In this document: positions 37,440-51,634 of the stretch, piece by piece
How the letters are laid out: the number at the start of each line of letters is the position of its first letter
Numbering within the stretch: position 1 is the first letter of the stretch
DNA from: Neodothiora populina
Taxonomy: Eukaryota
NCBI RefSeq assembly: GCF_041146345.1
Contig: NW_027191402.1
Location: forward strand, 434,001 to 498,000
DNA length: 64,000 nucleotides
Reading direction: 5' to 3'
Position numbers and translations under genes: made by a program
The notes under the pieces: generated by a model
Database searches by the model: none
What the model saw: only the letters and a program-made list of their open reading frames with translations
Told to the model about the DNA's origin: nothing

Positions 37440-39145
37440 ATGTCTTTCAACCGCACTGCCTCACACATGGCTCCTCTCTTACTGAGGAGCGGCACAAGGA
37501 CCGCTTTCGCCAGATCTGCCGGACTTAACAGACAATTACCAGCCTTTGCCGCTTTTGTGCCTCGTCGTTCCGTCTCCGGAGAACCCTCGACGTCTTCCGG
37601 ACAGCACACAACCTACCCTCCTCCGGGATTCAATGCTGAGCAGGCCAAGAAGCCCTTGTCACAAGAAGAAGCCAAGTCAAGAATTGCTACGTCTCCAGCA
37701 CAAGCGTCTAGCGATCTTCCGAACGTCAACATTCCCCTTAATAAGCCTTCTGAACATGCGCCTACGAAAGCTCAGGAGCAGCAAGCTTTGACCGAGCTGG
37801 CCGCTGCGAAGACTGCCGAGGATAAGGCCGAGGAGAAAAAGATTGCCAAAAAGAAGGAGGACGAGAAGAAACTCACTCTTCGTCAAAAGATCATGAAAGA
37901 GGTTCACCACTACTGGGATGGAACCAAGCTTCTCGGTACCGAGGTCAGAATCAGTACTAAGCTTGCTCTGAAGATGGCTGCGGGCTATGAATTGACCAGG
38001 AGAGAACATCGTCAGGTCAGTATTTGCTGCGATCGTCCTGATATCAATTTATCCTAACTCATTTTCATCAGCTGCGACGCACTGTTCAAGATCTCAGTCG
38101 TCTTGTTCCCTTTTCTGTCTTCGTGATCGTACCCTTCGCTGAACTTCTCCTACCCGTCGCTCTCAAGCTCTTCCCCAACATGCTTCCTAGCACCTACGAG
38201 GGTCAAAAGTCTCGCGAGGCCAAAGCCTCCAGCCTTCGCTCTACAAGAAAGGACGTCAGCAACTTCCTTCGCCAGACCATGCGTGAGACCGGTCTCCCCG
38301 TAAGTGCAGCCAATGCTCAGAGGGATGAGTTCACAGACTTCTTCCGCAAGGTGCGCACTACTGGTGAGGCTCCCACCAAGGCCGACGTCATCCGCGTCTG
38401 CAAGATTTTCAAGGACGATTTGACCCTCGACAATCTGTCCCGTCCCCAGCTCGTCGGAATCTGCAAATACATGTCTCTCGGTACATTCGGCACAGATGCC
38501 ATGCTCAGATACCAGATCAGACATCGTATGCGCCAGATCAAGCGTGATGACCGGGCCATCTCCTTTGAGGGTGTTGAGTCGCTATCCGTACCCGAGCTTC
38601 AGACAGCATGTGCTGCCAGAGGTCTACGCACACATGGCATGTCTCCCGGTAGACTCAGAGATGACATGAACATGTGGCTCGAGCTTCGTCTCAAGTACGG
38701 TGTCCCGAGCACCCTCCTTGTCTTGTCCAACGCCTTCATGTACGCCCAAGGAAAGGATGTCGAATTTGACTCTCAAATCGATGCCCTACAGGCTGTCTTG
38801 TCCAGCATCCCAGAGGAACTCTTCCACGAGATTGAACTTGAGGTCCACACTGCCGAGGGTGCAGCCACTAACAAGCAGCGTCTCGAGGTCCTCCGTGAGC
38901 AACAAGAACTCATTGAAGAGGAGAACCAGCAAAGCGAGAAGCAGAGAGAGGGAGGCAAGGAAGCGAGAGTGCGTGACATTGAGAACATTGATGAGGCTAC
39001 CGAGGAGGTCAGACAAGAAGAAGCCCTCCGTCGTGAGAACGAAGCAGACATGGGAGCGGACGCCAAGGCCGCGAACGCTCAGCAGGCCGCAACATCCTCC
39101 CCAGCATCAAAAGACGGTGCAAAGACAGAGGAGCAAAAGGCTTAG
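37440..39145 (+). CDS. MDM38: LETM1/Mdm38 mitochondrial inner-membrane protein
   Basis: Mitochondrial presequence; HYWDGTKLL, GYELTRREHRQ|LRRTVQDL, PFAELLLPVALKLFPNMLPSTY and DDLTLDNLSRPQL; one intron. Confidence 0.93.
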
Positions 39146-39931
39146 TTTTACGCTGAAAGGCGCACTGTGTATTATTGTTGCATAAATATGGATTGTCTGG
39201 CGCTACATCAACCAGGATCAAGGAACAAAAGCGAAAAGACCCACCAGAATCGATTATGGGTGGACGTTCAGATGGGGTTGACAGGCGCATGTGCGGCACA
39301 AAGGTCCATCAAAAGAGACGCTATCGGAGGTGTTGCATGCGATATTGGACTCCTTGCTCGGTCTTATGTGCAGCCATAGATGTTAGTTGCATTTCGCGCG
39401 ATAATGCCGAATCACCACTCATAAAGTCCGATACCGCTTCAGACATCAGGTGTGACGTAGAATCACAGGTGGACCATTAATTTCATGATAGTGAATAGTA
39501 CAAGATTACGATCTTATTAATTCTGCTCGTCGACTTATCCATTGTGATGCCTGGTCGAAGCAGCGCCTTGGTAGTCTGAAACAATTAACGTGAGATATAG
39601 TAGATAGTTGAGGGCGGTATGTGAAAAGGCAAGACCCTGGTGGAGGGGGGTCAGCGAAATGCGGCAGAATCGTACTTTGTACGGCGGGGTCCTCCTCTAT
39701 CGCAGTTCTAGTACAGTATGCTGGACAGCGAGACACTCTGTATCTTACGGTTACTATTTTAGGGCTATTTTGGTCGCCAAGCGATGCAGCTGAGGTGGTG
39801 CAGCGCATCTCTCGCATGATTCCTTACTTCAGCATAGCAATGAGTCAACGACAACCCGTCGATAAACTAACTTCCTTGCACATGTAAGGTCAATGGCTCC
39901 GGGCTGGAGAGGCTCGTAAGTCGGCTTCAGC

Positions 39932-41257
39932 ATGCGAGGCATGCTAGCACTCTTATTCCGACACAGGCTCGGCCCCCGCCCTGTAACTATCAGGCTACTA
40001 GATCAGAGCCGTAGCTGTGTCTTTAATCATGGTGGTGAACGCTTTGTATGCCATAGGTCTGAACATGGTCGTGGATTTAGCCATCGCCATGGCGCGGGTG
40101 CCGTTCGCGAGTCTAGGAGGCATTATACGTCCCATCGAAGGTCAAGGGAGCATAGAGAGCCAACGGTTGGGACAATTACGCCAGTGTCAGACGAGTCTTC
40201 GATTATCGTTTCACAGTCGCCATACTATTTCGAAGCTGGATATGCGCTATTTGCCAAACGACCTTCTAGGCCTTTCCCTCCTCCGTTCCTCTCACCACCT
40301 TCTGGCTCATTTTCCGATCCCCTGAGTACTCATGACCGCAGCCGAGATCGAAGACCCTCGGTCAATGGAGAGATGATCCGCGGCATCACGAACGGCGATG
40401 ACTCTGTTCTCGTCAGTGATAACTTTATAGGCGTCAACGATGGTGTCGGAGCCTGGGCGACACGTGAGAGAGGACACGCTGCGTAAGATGTGTCGCTGAT
40501 GTCTATTGATCGCGCATCTTGTGTACTAACGATATACTTATCCAGCTTATGGTCGCGACTGATTTTGCATTTCTGGGCTCTCGAAGCGGAGAAAGACCGC
40601 TACGGCGAATCGTCTGAGCCGGATCCAGTTCGCTATCTCCAGTCGGCATACGAACAAACGAAAGCGGCAACTGCTGACCCCGTATGGTACGGCACATCGA
40701 CAACTTGCGCTGCTTTGATCCATACCAACCCTAGCGACCCCGCCCATCCTATACTGTATGTGACTCAGCTAGGCGACAGCCAAATACTTGTCATCAGGCC
40801 TCAGACGGAACATGTTATATATAAGACCACTGAGAACTGGCACTGGTTCGACTGTCCTAAACAGCTCGGTACCAACTCGCCAGATACTCCCACCAACGAC
40901 GCCGTCATGGACAAGCTTGCTATCGAAGAGGACGACATTGTCCTTGCTATGTCCGATGGCGTCATCGACAACTTGTGGGAGCACGAAGTCGTCGAGAATG
41001 TCTTGACGAGCTGGCGCAAGTGGCAGTCTGTGCCGACTGACAAAAAAGAACCTCACGACGACCCCACTACATATGCAGATGGTATGCGCTTTGTTGCCCA
41101 AGAGCTTGTCAAGGCTGCTCGTACCATAGCTGAAGATCCTTTCGCCGAATCTCCTTATATGGAAAAGGCGATTGACGAAGGTCTCAGTATTGAGGGTGGT
41201 AAACTCGACGACATCAGTGTAGTTGCCGCCCTCTGCACACGCAGAAGGGGAAAGTGA
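39932..41257 (+). CDS. PTC7: PP2C-type phosphatase Ptc7
   Basis: Arg-rich N-terminus; NGDDSVL, GVNDGVGAW, GTSTTC, QLGDS, HWFDCPKQLG, AMSDGVIDNL and GGKLDDISVV; one intron. Confidence 0.88.
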
Positions 41258-41785
41258 TGAGGGATACTTGAACCTCTTACAGTCCAGATGGTGCCGATTT
41301 CATGGCACAGCCTCGAGTAGTTTTAGGTGTCTCCGGCTTTCTCCTCCTTCCTCCAAACAGGCTAGCATAAAAGGAAATACGGTCACGCACTGAAACAATA
41401 CGGATGACCATGGCCGTCATATATAGCGGGAAAATACGCCTGACGGGACAAGATGCATTTCAGCGTCATATACCGTGATGTCGTGGCCATACACCAACAT
41501 CTATATGTCATATATGCAGCTTGTATGACTGTTGGCGTGTTTCGTCACTCATCAAGTGAGAAGACCCCGATGTTAACGAGCACATGGTTCTTAGTTGAAT
41601 CTGGGTTGATTGATAATCCTCGAGAAGCATATGGGCCCGAGTCTCATGATCTCGATCACCGCATCTTGTAGATAGCACACAACGTATCCGTCAACGACAC
41701 GAGTAATCAACGAGTTTCATCTCTTCACTGCGCTCTTCCACCCGACAAGTTGTCGTCAAACTTTCTCACTCTTCGCTCGACCATA

Positions 41786-42438
41786 TCAACACGCAGGCCT
41801 CCGCTTAACAAAATCTTCCAAATCACCACGCGTCGAAACCCCAAGGACAAACTTGCGTTCAGCATCCGTAACAACAGCAAAGTCCTGCCTCTCCGTCGGT
41901 CCATCCTCGAGCGATCCCTCGAAGAAAGCCTCAAGATCCTCAAGGGGCGTATCCATAGTAATAACCCTATACTTCCTGCCCTTGCGCTGAAACCTCGTCA
42001 TGGCCTTCTCCACCGCGTCGTTTTCGTCGATCGCGCCAGAGGTCAACAGCTCCTTGAGGCGTGGTATCGAGAGGTAGCCTAGCAGGGCGCGGGTTTCGGG
42101 CGATACGACGGTCAGGTGCGTGTAGTCGCGCTCGAAGGCAGTCATCAGAGCGTGCGAGACGGGTGCGGTGGGTGAGGTCGACATTGCCGAGGGCGGGTCC
42201 AGGTCTTCTACTGTTGCCTATTGCTTTCACGGGTTGGTATGCAGTCTAATTTTCTCTTCTCTTTGGGGGTTCATGTTTGTATTTAGAATGGTGGGTAAAA
42301 GAATGCTCTTCTTGTGGGTTGTGGAATGGAATCCAGGCACTCTCGTGATTGCGTGTGTAGGTTTTGAATTTGGAGAAGCTGGTGATCACATACCCCTCTA
42401 TACTTCTTCGCCCGCTCTTCTCTCGTCTTGTCTGCCAT
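41786..42438 (-). CDS. Small CBS-domain protein
   Basis: Exon 1 MADKTREERAKKYRG (donor GTATGT), exon 2 ATVEDLDPPSAMSTSP..AFERDYTHLTVV..LLGYLSIPRL..FAVVTD..FVLGVSTRGDLEDFVKRRP. Confidence 0.78.
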
Positions 42439-43572
42439 GTTTGCTATATCGATTATATTGATTCTTGTATCTGACTCTGTGTGACCGGTTCGATGCAGCA
42501 GAGTCCAACGTATTTCAAACTCTTTTGACACTGCTAAGATGGAATGTGTTCTTGATCAGGAGATACGAAGACGCCCGCCTGTCACTGTAGTGTCTAAGAT
42601 GTGGGGGAGGGGTCGTTTTCCCTTCGGTCTGAACTACAAAAACTCAAAATCGGCGGACCCCACTATGCCATCGCCCTTGCATGAGGTGAGATACAGTCAT
42701 GGATGGTGTGATTTTGTGTATGGCGAAATTAGCAGAGGAGTCATGTAGAAGGACACGACTGTGTTTGGCTTGTGTGTTTATACCAAGCATTGTTTGGAGA
42801 AGGCTGTTGCTGTGTATGTACTGCTGGTTCTGTGTTCATAAATACCTACTTCTCGAAGCATTTGGTGAATTCATGTACTGTAGGAAGATCACTTCTGGTT
42901 TATTTCGATATACCACGTTTGTATGTACGTATCTCATGTAGGCATTATTACAGGGTACGGTCCATTATTCGAGTGATCCCCTACAATAATCCATCATCAA
43001 TCGTGTACTAACAACCCATTCGCAACCCGTGTCCAAAGGAAAAAAAGGAACACTGTATGCTCTAATCATGACCACAAAAGGATCCAACGAATAAGCACAG
43101 CCAGGCTTATCGCCCATAGCCCAAGAGAAAAGCCGCGGACGACGGCCATCTTTCATTGCTTGGCCATGAAGTCACGCTCGTCTTTCGTTTGCTTTCCATG
43201 TACAGTACAATCGCAAAAGTACCATGCCGAGTCTAGAGAAAAGAGGAATGGAATCCACGTGCTGCTGAACCATAAGTCACAGGTAAGGTAAGGTAGGATG
43301 TCTTGTGTTGACCCTGAAGGCATCGGAATGCTCTACTACGTCATCGTGGACGCATGCCCAATCCCCATGAGGGTATCCATGTCACCCTTACCAGTAGATG
43401 TACATATAAGCCAGGTTGGTAGGCGATCAGGTCAGAGACGATTGTTCCGACTGCACACATCTCAACCGTAGTTCTTTTGTTCTTTCTTCGCATTTGTAAA
43501 TCACACACTCCTTCCCTCACGCTGCAAGAACAATTCAACAAGGACTTTATCCGCGAATATAAATTATCCATT

Positions 43573-44140
43573 ATGGCTGAAAACATGCATTCGACCGGCC
43601 GTGGAGGTGTGACATTTCTTATTGCCATACAAAGCAAGGCCGAAGTGAATCACTAACGCAAAACAAAGGAGCTGGCAATATTGGAAAGGATGACTCCACC
43701 CTCTACACCGACGGCGGAATCATTCGCGAAGGCGTCGAGGGAAAGTCCAACAAGCCGGAGTACTCTAGCGGCGTATGCTTTCCCCAAGAGATCCGTAATT
43801 GTGTTTTGGTTGTCAACTAATGCGAGTGCGCAGAGAGGCGGGATGGGCAACATCGTAGATAACCCCGATGTTTCAAGCAAGCCATCGGAGGATGTAGTCC
43901 CAGAACCTGCAATGCGACCTGCGCACCAGGAGAACTTCCACACAGGGGTGAGTTGTGAAATTGTAAAGTCAGACGACGACCTACTGATTCTGTCGGCAGC
44001 GTGGCGGAGAAGGCAATGTCCACAAGGAGAAGTATGGTGGACACAGCCATGCTCATAAGGAAAGCATCGGCGACAAGGTCAAGCATATGCTGCACATGGA
44101 CAAGGAAAAGGAGCATGACGCAGCCGAGAAGACAACTTGA
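43573..44140 (+). CDS. DUF3602/Par32-like protein with GRGGxGNI repeats
   Basis: Spliced product MAENMHSTGRGG|AGNIGKD...YSSG|RGGMGNIV...FHTG|RGGEGNVHKE...AEKTT; three introns. Confidence 0.78.
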
Positions 44141-44413
44141 TAGGAGAGCGGATCAGGTTCAATGGAGTAGATATACCCAGCTTACCACGAAGAGGAAGCG
44201 TCTGATGGACGATATGCGGGTTTAATGCCACTTTTGCTGGACTTATATTTCTATTTTATTTTGTTCTATGACGCTGATCATAGTTTTCCCATAATCGATG
44301 TTGATCCGTTTTATGTGGCTAGGGTCTGTCCAGGTACTGATTATGGATCGTTCTCCGGTAATCTTACTTTTACAGCGCGATTGCCTACGGCGCAGCGCCT
44401 GTACGCCGCGCAA

Positions 44414-47400
44414 TCACTGACCACTCAGGGATTCCAGAGCATTGAGGGCTTCAGCAGCAACCTCGACTGCCTTCGGGGGAAGTCCTGGACCATGTTAGCC
44501 CTGCCATTTCTCTTTTATTGAGGACTACTCACCTGCAAGTTTCGCAACCTTCAAAGCATGCGAATCCCGGTTCACTCCTTCACGGAGTTTGTGAACATAG
44601 ACCCAAGTACCATCTGCTTGCTCGGCGATGGATGTACAATAACGCGCCAACTTCTGAAAATCTGCAGTCATTTCCACCAATTTGTGAAAGTGCGTGGCAA
44701 ATAATGCCCTACACTTGTTTTCGTTATGCAGGTGGTGGAGGCATGCATAGCCCACAGCCGTCCCATCCTCTGGTGTAGTTCCACGTCCTACCTCGTCCAT
44801 GATGACCTGCAATGAGTTAGCTTGTAGTCGTAGCATACCAGCGATACCGTATACACACAAATGAGCGCTCCGTGGCTTGATTCAGGATATCCGCAACCTC
44901 GAGCATCTCGACCATGAAGGTCGACTGATGATTGTACACATCGTCCGCAGAGCCAATCCTGCTGAATAGCTTGTCCACTAATCCGATCTCGGCGTACGCA
45001 GCAGGTACGAAGCACCCCGTCTGCGCAAGAATTGTTATCAATGCATTTTGACGAAGAAAAGTGCTCTTCCCAGCCATGTTGGGCCCGGTTATGAGCAGAA
45101 TGGTGTTCTTCTCTCCCACTGTACAATCGTTTGCGGTAAAGCGTCTCCCATGCTCCTGTAGTCCGATATCCACCATCGGGTGTCTGCCCCCTATGATATT
45201 GTGTTCCGTCCCTGAGTTTAGTATAGGTCTCACTAAGTTCCTTTCCTCGGCTAAAATCGCAGACGAGCATGCAACATCGAGTTCATCCAGTCCAGCAGCA
45301 TTGCGGCGAAGTTTAGTCAGATTAGTTATGACCTCTTTGCGTAGCGCAAGAAATATCCGCTGCTCTTCGGTCCTGATCCTTGATCTCAAGTCATCCAGCT
45401 TCAGCCCAAGTGTGGTCCAGTCTTGCAAGTAAAACGTTCTTGTGCTTTTTGTCGAGCTTATGTGCCTAGCACCATCAACAGCTGTGCGGGCATCTTTGCC
45501 TTTGACATGACAGAAATGTCCCAATTGTGGCGTCCATTTGAGCATAAGACTATTGCTTCCGAGTTCTTTGCGTAGACGAAGAGTGAGTGAAGTTCGTTGA
45601 TCGTCAATTTCGGCCAGTTGGGCATGCGCCTGACGCAGAAACGTACTCGCACTTCATTCGTCAGCTTTGGCCCCTTGGTCTGCTAATTCTTGCTACACAC
45701 CTTTTTCGCATGATCCATATTTCGCCATCATGCTCTTGCGACACGTCTGCAGGTACCCCTTTCGCTGGCTTTTTGACACCCTTGGCTGTGTGTAGCCCTT
45801 CCTCAGCGGTCCGTTCTTCTGCCATGCTTGCAAAAGTAGCAGCCTCAGTATCTTCTGCAAGATGCTGTCGTGATAGCCCATCTTCGTCGATTGCGTTGCC
45901 GATGCGCGTGGCAAGGCGAGAGGGACCCTCGAAGTCGAATCTCGCGAGCAGACCGGAAAGGCTTGACAGATGGAGGTCAGTCATGCCTGTTGTATCAAGA
46001 CCTGCTACATGCTGCTCGATAAGTAGATATATATTGTGTGTTACTGTGATGGTCTTGCATAACGCAAGCAGATCATCTGCGTCGCCTCTACCTATAGAAA
46101 ACTTCTGCAAAAGACGCAAGCTGTCCGATGAGCGTCGTAGAAGTGAGACGATATTACTTCGGAGGAGAGGATTAGCGACGAGATGTTCCACCAGATCTAA
46201 ACGACCATTGATAATATCCAGCGACATGGAAGGTGATACTGCATTCATATCAGTTTAGAAATTGTAACAAATAAGGCGTGAGGCTATATGATACCCAGTC
46301 GCTGGTTGAGAAGCCTGGCACCGCTTTTGGTCACAGTCCTCCTCACTGCATGTAACAGACTTCCCTGAAATGCACCTTCACGTAAAGTCGTACGTATCTC
46401 AAGGCCACGCAAAGTGTGTCTGTCGATGCTCATATTTTCCTTCTCTATCCTCCGGACAGGGCACTGCAGCGATAACTCCATGTCCATGATTTTGTCTTTG
46501 ACATAATCTAACAACAAAGAAGCTGCTGATATCTCGTTGATACTGAACGCAGGGCGAGATTCTGCCGGTATGGGTTTGTCTAGCAGCGAAGACCAGTCAT
46601 CGATGGTGGAAAGCGGTTGGACAGGAGAATGCAATGCTATGACATGGCTACCCTCACCGAAGAGTGTACTTAAGTCGACGTTAAGAGTGTGCTTTAGCTT
46701 GGTGTCGAGGATTATTTCTTTAGGTCGTATGCGTGCCACAACCGACTTCAAGGACGCCAATTGTGTCGATTGAGTGTAAAATTCACCACTTGACAGATCT
46801 ACCCATGCTAAACCAATGGAGGCCAGTTGGCAATGTGACAAGATGTTGGTGTCCATATTCACATTATCGATGGAGGTCGTTGAGGGTTCATCGTCAATGT
46901 GGACACTTAGTACATAGTTGTCCTCGAAGGGATCAACGAAATTCTCGTCTATGAGTGTACCTGGCGTGATGACACGGGAAATTCGCCGAGTATATAGAGT
47001 GCCACCAGTCCTGACCTGTTCTGCGGCAGAATTACGAAATTCCTCACTTATGGCCACATGCAGCTGTAGACCCTGCACAAGGACTTTGAGATAACGGTCC
47101 AGGTAGATATATTGGAAACCAGCCATTGCGACTGGGCCGAGACTGGTTTTCCTCTGAGCGACTTTGAGATTTAGAAGTGGAGCATACTGCTCAGCCTGTT
47201 CGGCATACAACTCGTAGAAGTTTCCAACTCGAGTGAGTACGACGCAGTCGCTAAATTGCTTGACATGGTTGAGGTGTTGCTGTATTACCGGTGGGTAAGC
47301 AGGAAAGTTTTCTTCATCCTGGCTGCTAGACAGTGGTGAAACCAATGCGCCCTGGGGGAGGGGCGTGAAATCAATGGAAGTCTTTGTCTTCGCACCTCGC

Positions 47401-47528
47401 CTTGAGCCTGAGAGACGTAGGGCAGGCAAGGCGAAACGTTCACTTGGTCCATGAGCATGCAGAGGGGCGTTGCAAGCGACCCTTACCAATCTCCTCCATG
47501 AGCTGGGACAAAAGTGCTTGATGGTCAT
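44414..47528 (-). CDS. MSH1: Mitochondrial MutS homologue Msh1
   Basis: Presequence; LTRVGNFYELY, ITGPNMAGKSTFLRQNAL (Walker A), STFMVEM, IMDEVGRGT, ATHFH and SHALKVAKLAG|LPPKAV; four introns. Confidence 0.92.
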
Positions 47529-48268
47529 TTGTTCATTTGCGCTTACCAGTAAGCACGACGGATCTCCTACCAATCAGGGACATGTTCCTGCAATACGTCA
47601 TTAGCTGGTCCTGGAAGGTAGCGTCCACGAAGGTCCCCTTTGAGCGAACGAAGAATAGGAAATAGTCTTGGGAGATCGGGAGAGACAGATTGTCCTCGAA
47701 AGACTCACAGTCTATCAAGATTCATATGCGTGAATCGAGACTCGAGACTCTGGGTGTAGGGTAACATAAGATCTAATCTATCCCTTCTACTTATACGTAT
47801 TGAGACAATTGCCGTCGAAGTACATTAAAAGAAGAACGATCGAGACGGTCTGAGAAACGAGGAGAGACTGACTCTACTTATTTGTACGGCACCTACTTGT
47901 TGTCTCGATACGTGTCTGGTCGCTGTAGAAAGCATTTCACTCAAGCATGTACAATATTCTGGAAAGTCGGTCCTTTACCAGTTCTAATCAACACAACGTA
48001 GGCACTAAGATCAAAGATGTCAAAGGTCGGTCGGGGTTGCTTCGGATCTCGGTATTTGGATGTTTCTCCAACAGATCGAGCTTAGGGCAACTCCATATCG
48101 ATACTGTGACGCTAGTGCTGTATACCTTACACTTTGATTCGACGAGTGACCAACATACCGGAGCATTTTCGATCAAATATCATACATACTTGATATTCAA
48201 TCGCTATACAATCCACTGTTTAAATTCGATATTGAACAGTGCAACCAGTTTGCACCAAATCTCCCATC

Positions 48269-49546
48269 ATGGCTCACGACTTTCCACCTTTACAAAATGA
48301 CCTGCTTCTTCGGACTGCCCGAGGTACGTGCGATCGCGCAACGAATGGGAAAGGAAGTAGGTCGTGATGTTGACAGTCGTATAGGAGAAAAGGTTGAGCG
48401 ACCACCGATGTGGGTAATGCGTCAAGCAGGCCGCTACCTTCCTGAGTACCACCAAGCCAAAGGCTCCCATGACTTTTTTGAATGCTGCCGCTCGCCTGAA
48501 ATCGCATCTACCCTGACGCTGCAGCCAATCGAGCGCTATGCCGGACTTATAGATGGAGCCATCATCTTCTCCGATATTCTTGTTATCCCACAGGCCATGG
48601 GCATGGAGGTGATCATGGTTGACAAGAAGGGACCTCATTTCCCTGATCCTCTGATGAGCCCTGAGGACCAGCAATACAAGGAGGTCATGGAGCGCAAAGT
48701 TGACGTCAAAGAGGGTCTCGACTATGTCTACAAGGCCATAACACTCACTAGACACAAGCTCGCTGGACGTGTGCCGCTTTACGGCTTCTGTGGCGCGCCT
48801 TGGACTTTGCTGAGCTATATGGTCGAGGGCGGCGGCAGCAAGATCTTCAAACAGGTCAAGACTTGGATCTTCAAGTACCCTAACGAGAGCAAGGCCTTGC
48901 TGCAAAAGATTGCCGAACTGTGTGTCGAGTACTTGGCTTTGCAGGTAGTCGCTGGAGCCCAGGTTCGTGCATATACACTCTGCTATCGTGTCGCTCCAAC
49001 ACTGACATCTGCGTCTATAGATCCTCCAGGTCTTCGACTCCTGGGCTGGTGAACTGTCACCAACCTCTTTCAAGACATTTTCCCTCCCCTACCTCAAATA
49101 CATTGCAGACCACCTTCCCTCAAGACTGAAGGAACTCGGCCAGGAGCAGGTCCCAATGACAGTCTTTGCCAAGGGTGCTTGGTACGCGCTTGATGACCTC
49201 TGTGACACGGCATATAATGTCATTGGACTGGACTGGTTACACGATCCCAAAGAAGCTTATGCCATTGCTCAGGCCAAAGGCAAAGTCCTTCAAGGCAACG
49301 CCGATCCTGGTGTTCTCTACGGTGGCAAGGAAGCCATCACGGCTGTTGTGCAAGAAATGGTGGACGGCTTTGGAGGAGGCAAACAGGGCTGGATAGCCAA
49401 TCTTGGTCATGGTAAGTGCAGAGCTGGATCTACTCTGCCTACATCGTAATCTATCCTAATACTTTTCCACAGGCATAACTCCCTTCGTCAACCCGGACGA
49501 TCTCAAGTTCTACTTCGAGGAGATCCACAGACTTTCAGGTAGATGA
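48269..49546 (+). CDS. HEM12: Uroporphyrinogen decarboxylase
   Basis: [56 protein letters not shown] and IANLGHG|ITP; three introns. Confidence 0.96.
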
Positions 49547-49696
49547 GCATCCACCTTCATGTTGCATAAGTCGCCTGTCGAACAATGACATTAGGGAAAT
49601 CACAAGCCGTGGCCAAGCCCCAAGACGCCAACGCGGAGCAAACGATGCATCATCGCAACCTCACGCACAGTGATTGGTAGATGCGGGAAGCACAAT

Positions 49697-50492
49697 TTAC
49701 TCTTCGCCGATGTCCTCGTACCTGTACATATCTGGTCAGCTCTAGGTTTACACATCGACAATCTTGCGGCAGCTACCAATCCTGAGGGCGCTCCTTGATG
49801 AACTTTGTCATCAGGGCCTCGGCTTCGGCATTCTTGAGGTTGATCACTTCAATTCCTGTTGTATCACGTTAGCAAGATAGCAGCGATGTCTATGTATAGC
49901 ATTCGGGAAACGTCACCTCTTTGCTTCAGGTATTCTTCACCACCAACAAAAGTGTTGTTTTCCCCAAGAACCACACGCTTGACCTTGTAGAGGATGCAGG
50001 ATCCAGTGCACATACTGCAGATGCTTAGTTGGCACTCTACTACTGGCTACATCTGTGAACTTACTCGCAAGGACTGAGCGTCGTGAACATGGTGGCACCT
50101 CTGTAGGCAGAAGCAGGCAATCTGCCGGCGTTCTCGAGAGCGCTAATCTCGGCCTGCCAGTGGTATATCAACATGTGCAGATCATCAAAAGTGGCGAGGC
50201 TCTACATAAGATACGCACATGAATGGTAGGGCTCTTCTTTTGTATTCTCATGTTATGACCACGGCCCAGGATCTTGCCGTCGGCTGCCACAAGACAGGCT
50301 CCAATTGGACTGAATGGTGATGAAGTCAACATTCACCTGCACATACTGGTCTGTACGAAGTCCACGATCTAGCACTCACACTCCGCCTTCTGCGGCACCT
50401 TGTTTCGCCTCTTCAAGTGCAGCCTTCCATCCTGCAGAGTTCTGAAGGTCGCTAGTGTTCTCCATGTCGCCGCTGTTGTACTTGATGACCAT
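49697..50492 (-). CDS. FCY1: Cytosine deaminase (absent from the ORF track because it has six short exons)
   Basis: Spliced product (MVIKYNSGD)MENTSDLQNSAGWKAALEEAKQGAAEGG|VPIGACLV..GRGHNMRIQKKSPTIH|AEISALENAGRL..TTLSPC|DMCTGSCILY..GENNTF..|..RPQDW|YEDIGEE, with HAE and PCxxC zinc motifs. Second in-frame ATG at 50465. Confidence 0.9.
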
Positions 50493-51634
50493 TTTCTACG
50501 AGGTGCAGTGGAGCGTGAAACTAATAGCCTATTTTGAGGTAACTTTTTCCAGTCATTGGTGGTTCCAGAATGTACCCCAGGTATGATGGACTCCGGCAGC
50601 GGCGACAATGCTTGGCTAGTGCTTGGTTGAGATGTAGAAAGTGCAGCAGGGGATAGAAAGCCGACCCATGATATATTCGCAATCTATTGGGCTATTCTAG
50701 CTTTTTACATATTGTAATGTACAAGGGTAATGTCTCAAAGTAAAGATCCGAAAAGATTATTTTTAGTCTTGTAGAGCACATGCAACGTTCGCAGAGACAG
50801 GAGCCATCAAGAGTATTTTATCATATGAAATATGCGCCGAATAACCATTTGGGGAATGTACTTGTATATGGAAGCAGCTACCGTATCTGCTAATTATATA
50901 TTCAAATACATTGACAGCGAGACTGATGGAAAACTCGCGAGCCCGCACTTCGCAAATGACCATGACTTGTTCCATCTCACTACATCTATTCTAGAAATCG
51001 ACAATACAAATAAACTAATAATTGGTTATTCGTACAAGGCGTCACGACAGAAAATGGTGGTGGACTATCTGGGTATAGTGGAAATTGCTGGAAAGTTATC
51101 GAACGCAGGCAAAAATGTCTTGGCGACGTGAAGTTACAGACATAAGGTACATATGTTGCCTGCGCTTACCAACTCTGCTCTGAAAGTGTAGTTGTTTTGT
51201 CCTCATATCCGTAAGAAGATATATATTCTTTCTACGTGTCTTATATCTGTCCAGATAGCAGAAACCACAGTGTTTTTCTCGAGTGATTCATATTGAGAAC
51301 GGATCATCTACGCTCGGTAAGCTCACACAGACAGAAGACCGGGCGAGAAATGTTGCAGAAGCAAGAGTGAAAGCGTTGTGTCCCTCGGCCCTTGGACAGA
51401 AAAGGCGGCCACACGCTTTCTCCTCTTTCCTCCTCTGTCGTACTATCGTGTTCCCGGCCTTCTCGTTTCTCTCATTTTTCCTCCATAGATTCGCTGACCT
51501 TTCACTCTTCGCTCAGCCTGACTTGATCTTGTGTCACCGCGCAAACTCATTGCCTCTTTCGGGCTTATCAGACCTACGACGCCCAACGTCGATCGCCCCA
51601 ATACACAACTCATAGCTACATTCACACCGCAGTC

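Noticed and set aside
39817..39931. Possible upstream PTC7 exon joined in frame by a 47-nt GTAAGG..CAG intron (recalling yeast PTC7 alternative splicing)
   Set aside because: No recognisable branch site, and ATG 39932 already begins an Arg-rich presequence. It cannot be supported without RNA data.
44414..44485. Suspected frameshift in the last MSH1 exon
   Set aside because: On recount the G5 run gives GLPPKAVEVAAEALNALESLSGQ in frame, so there is no lesion.
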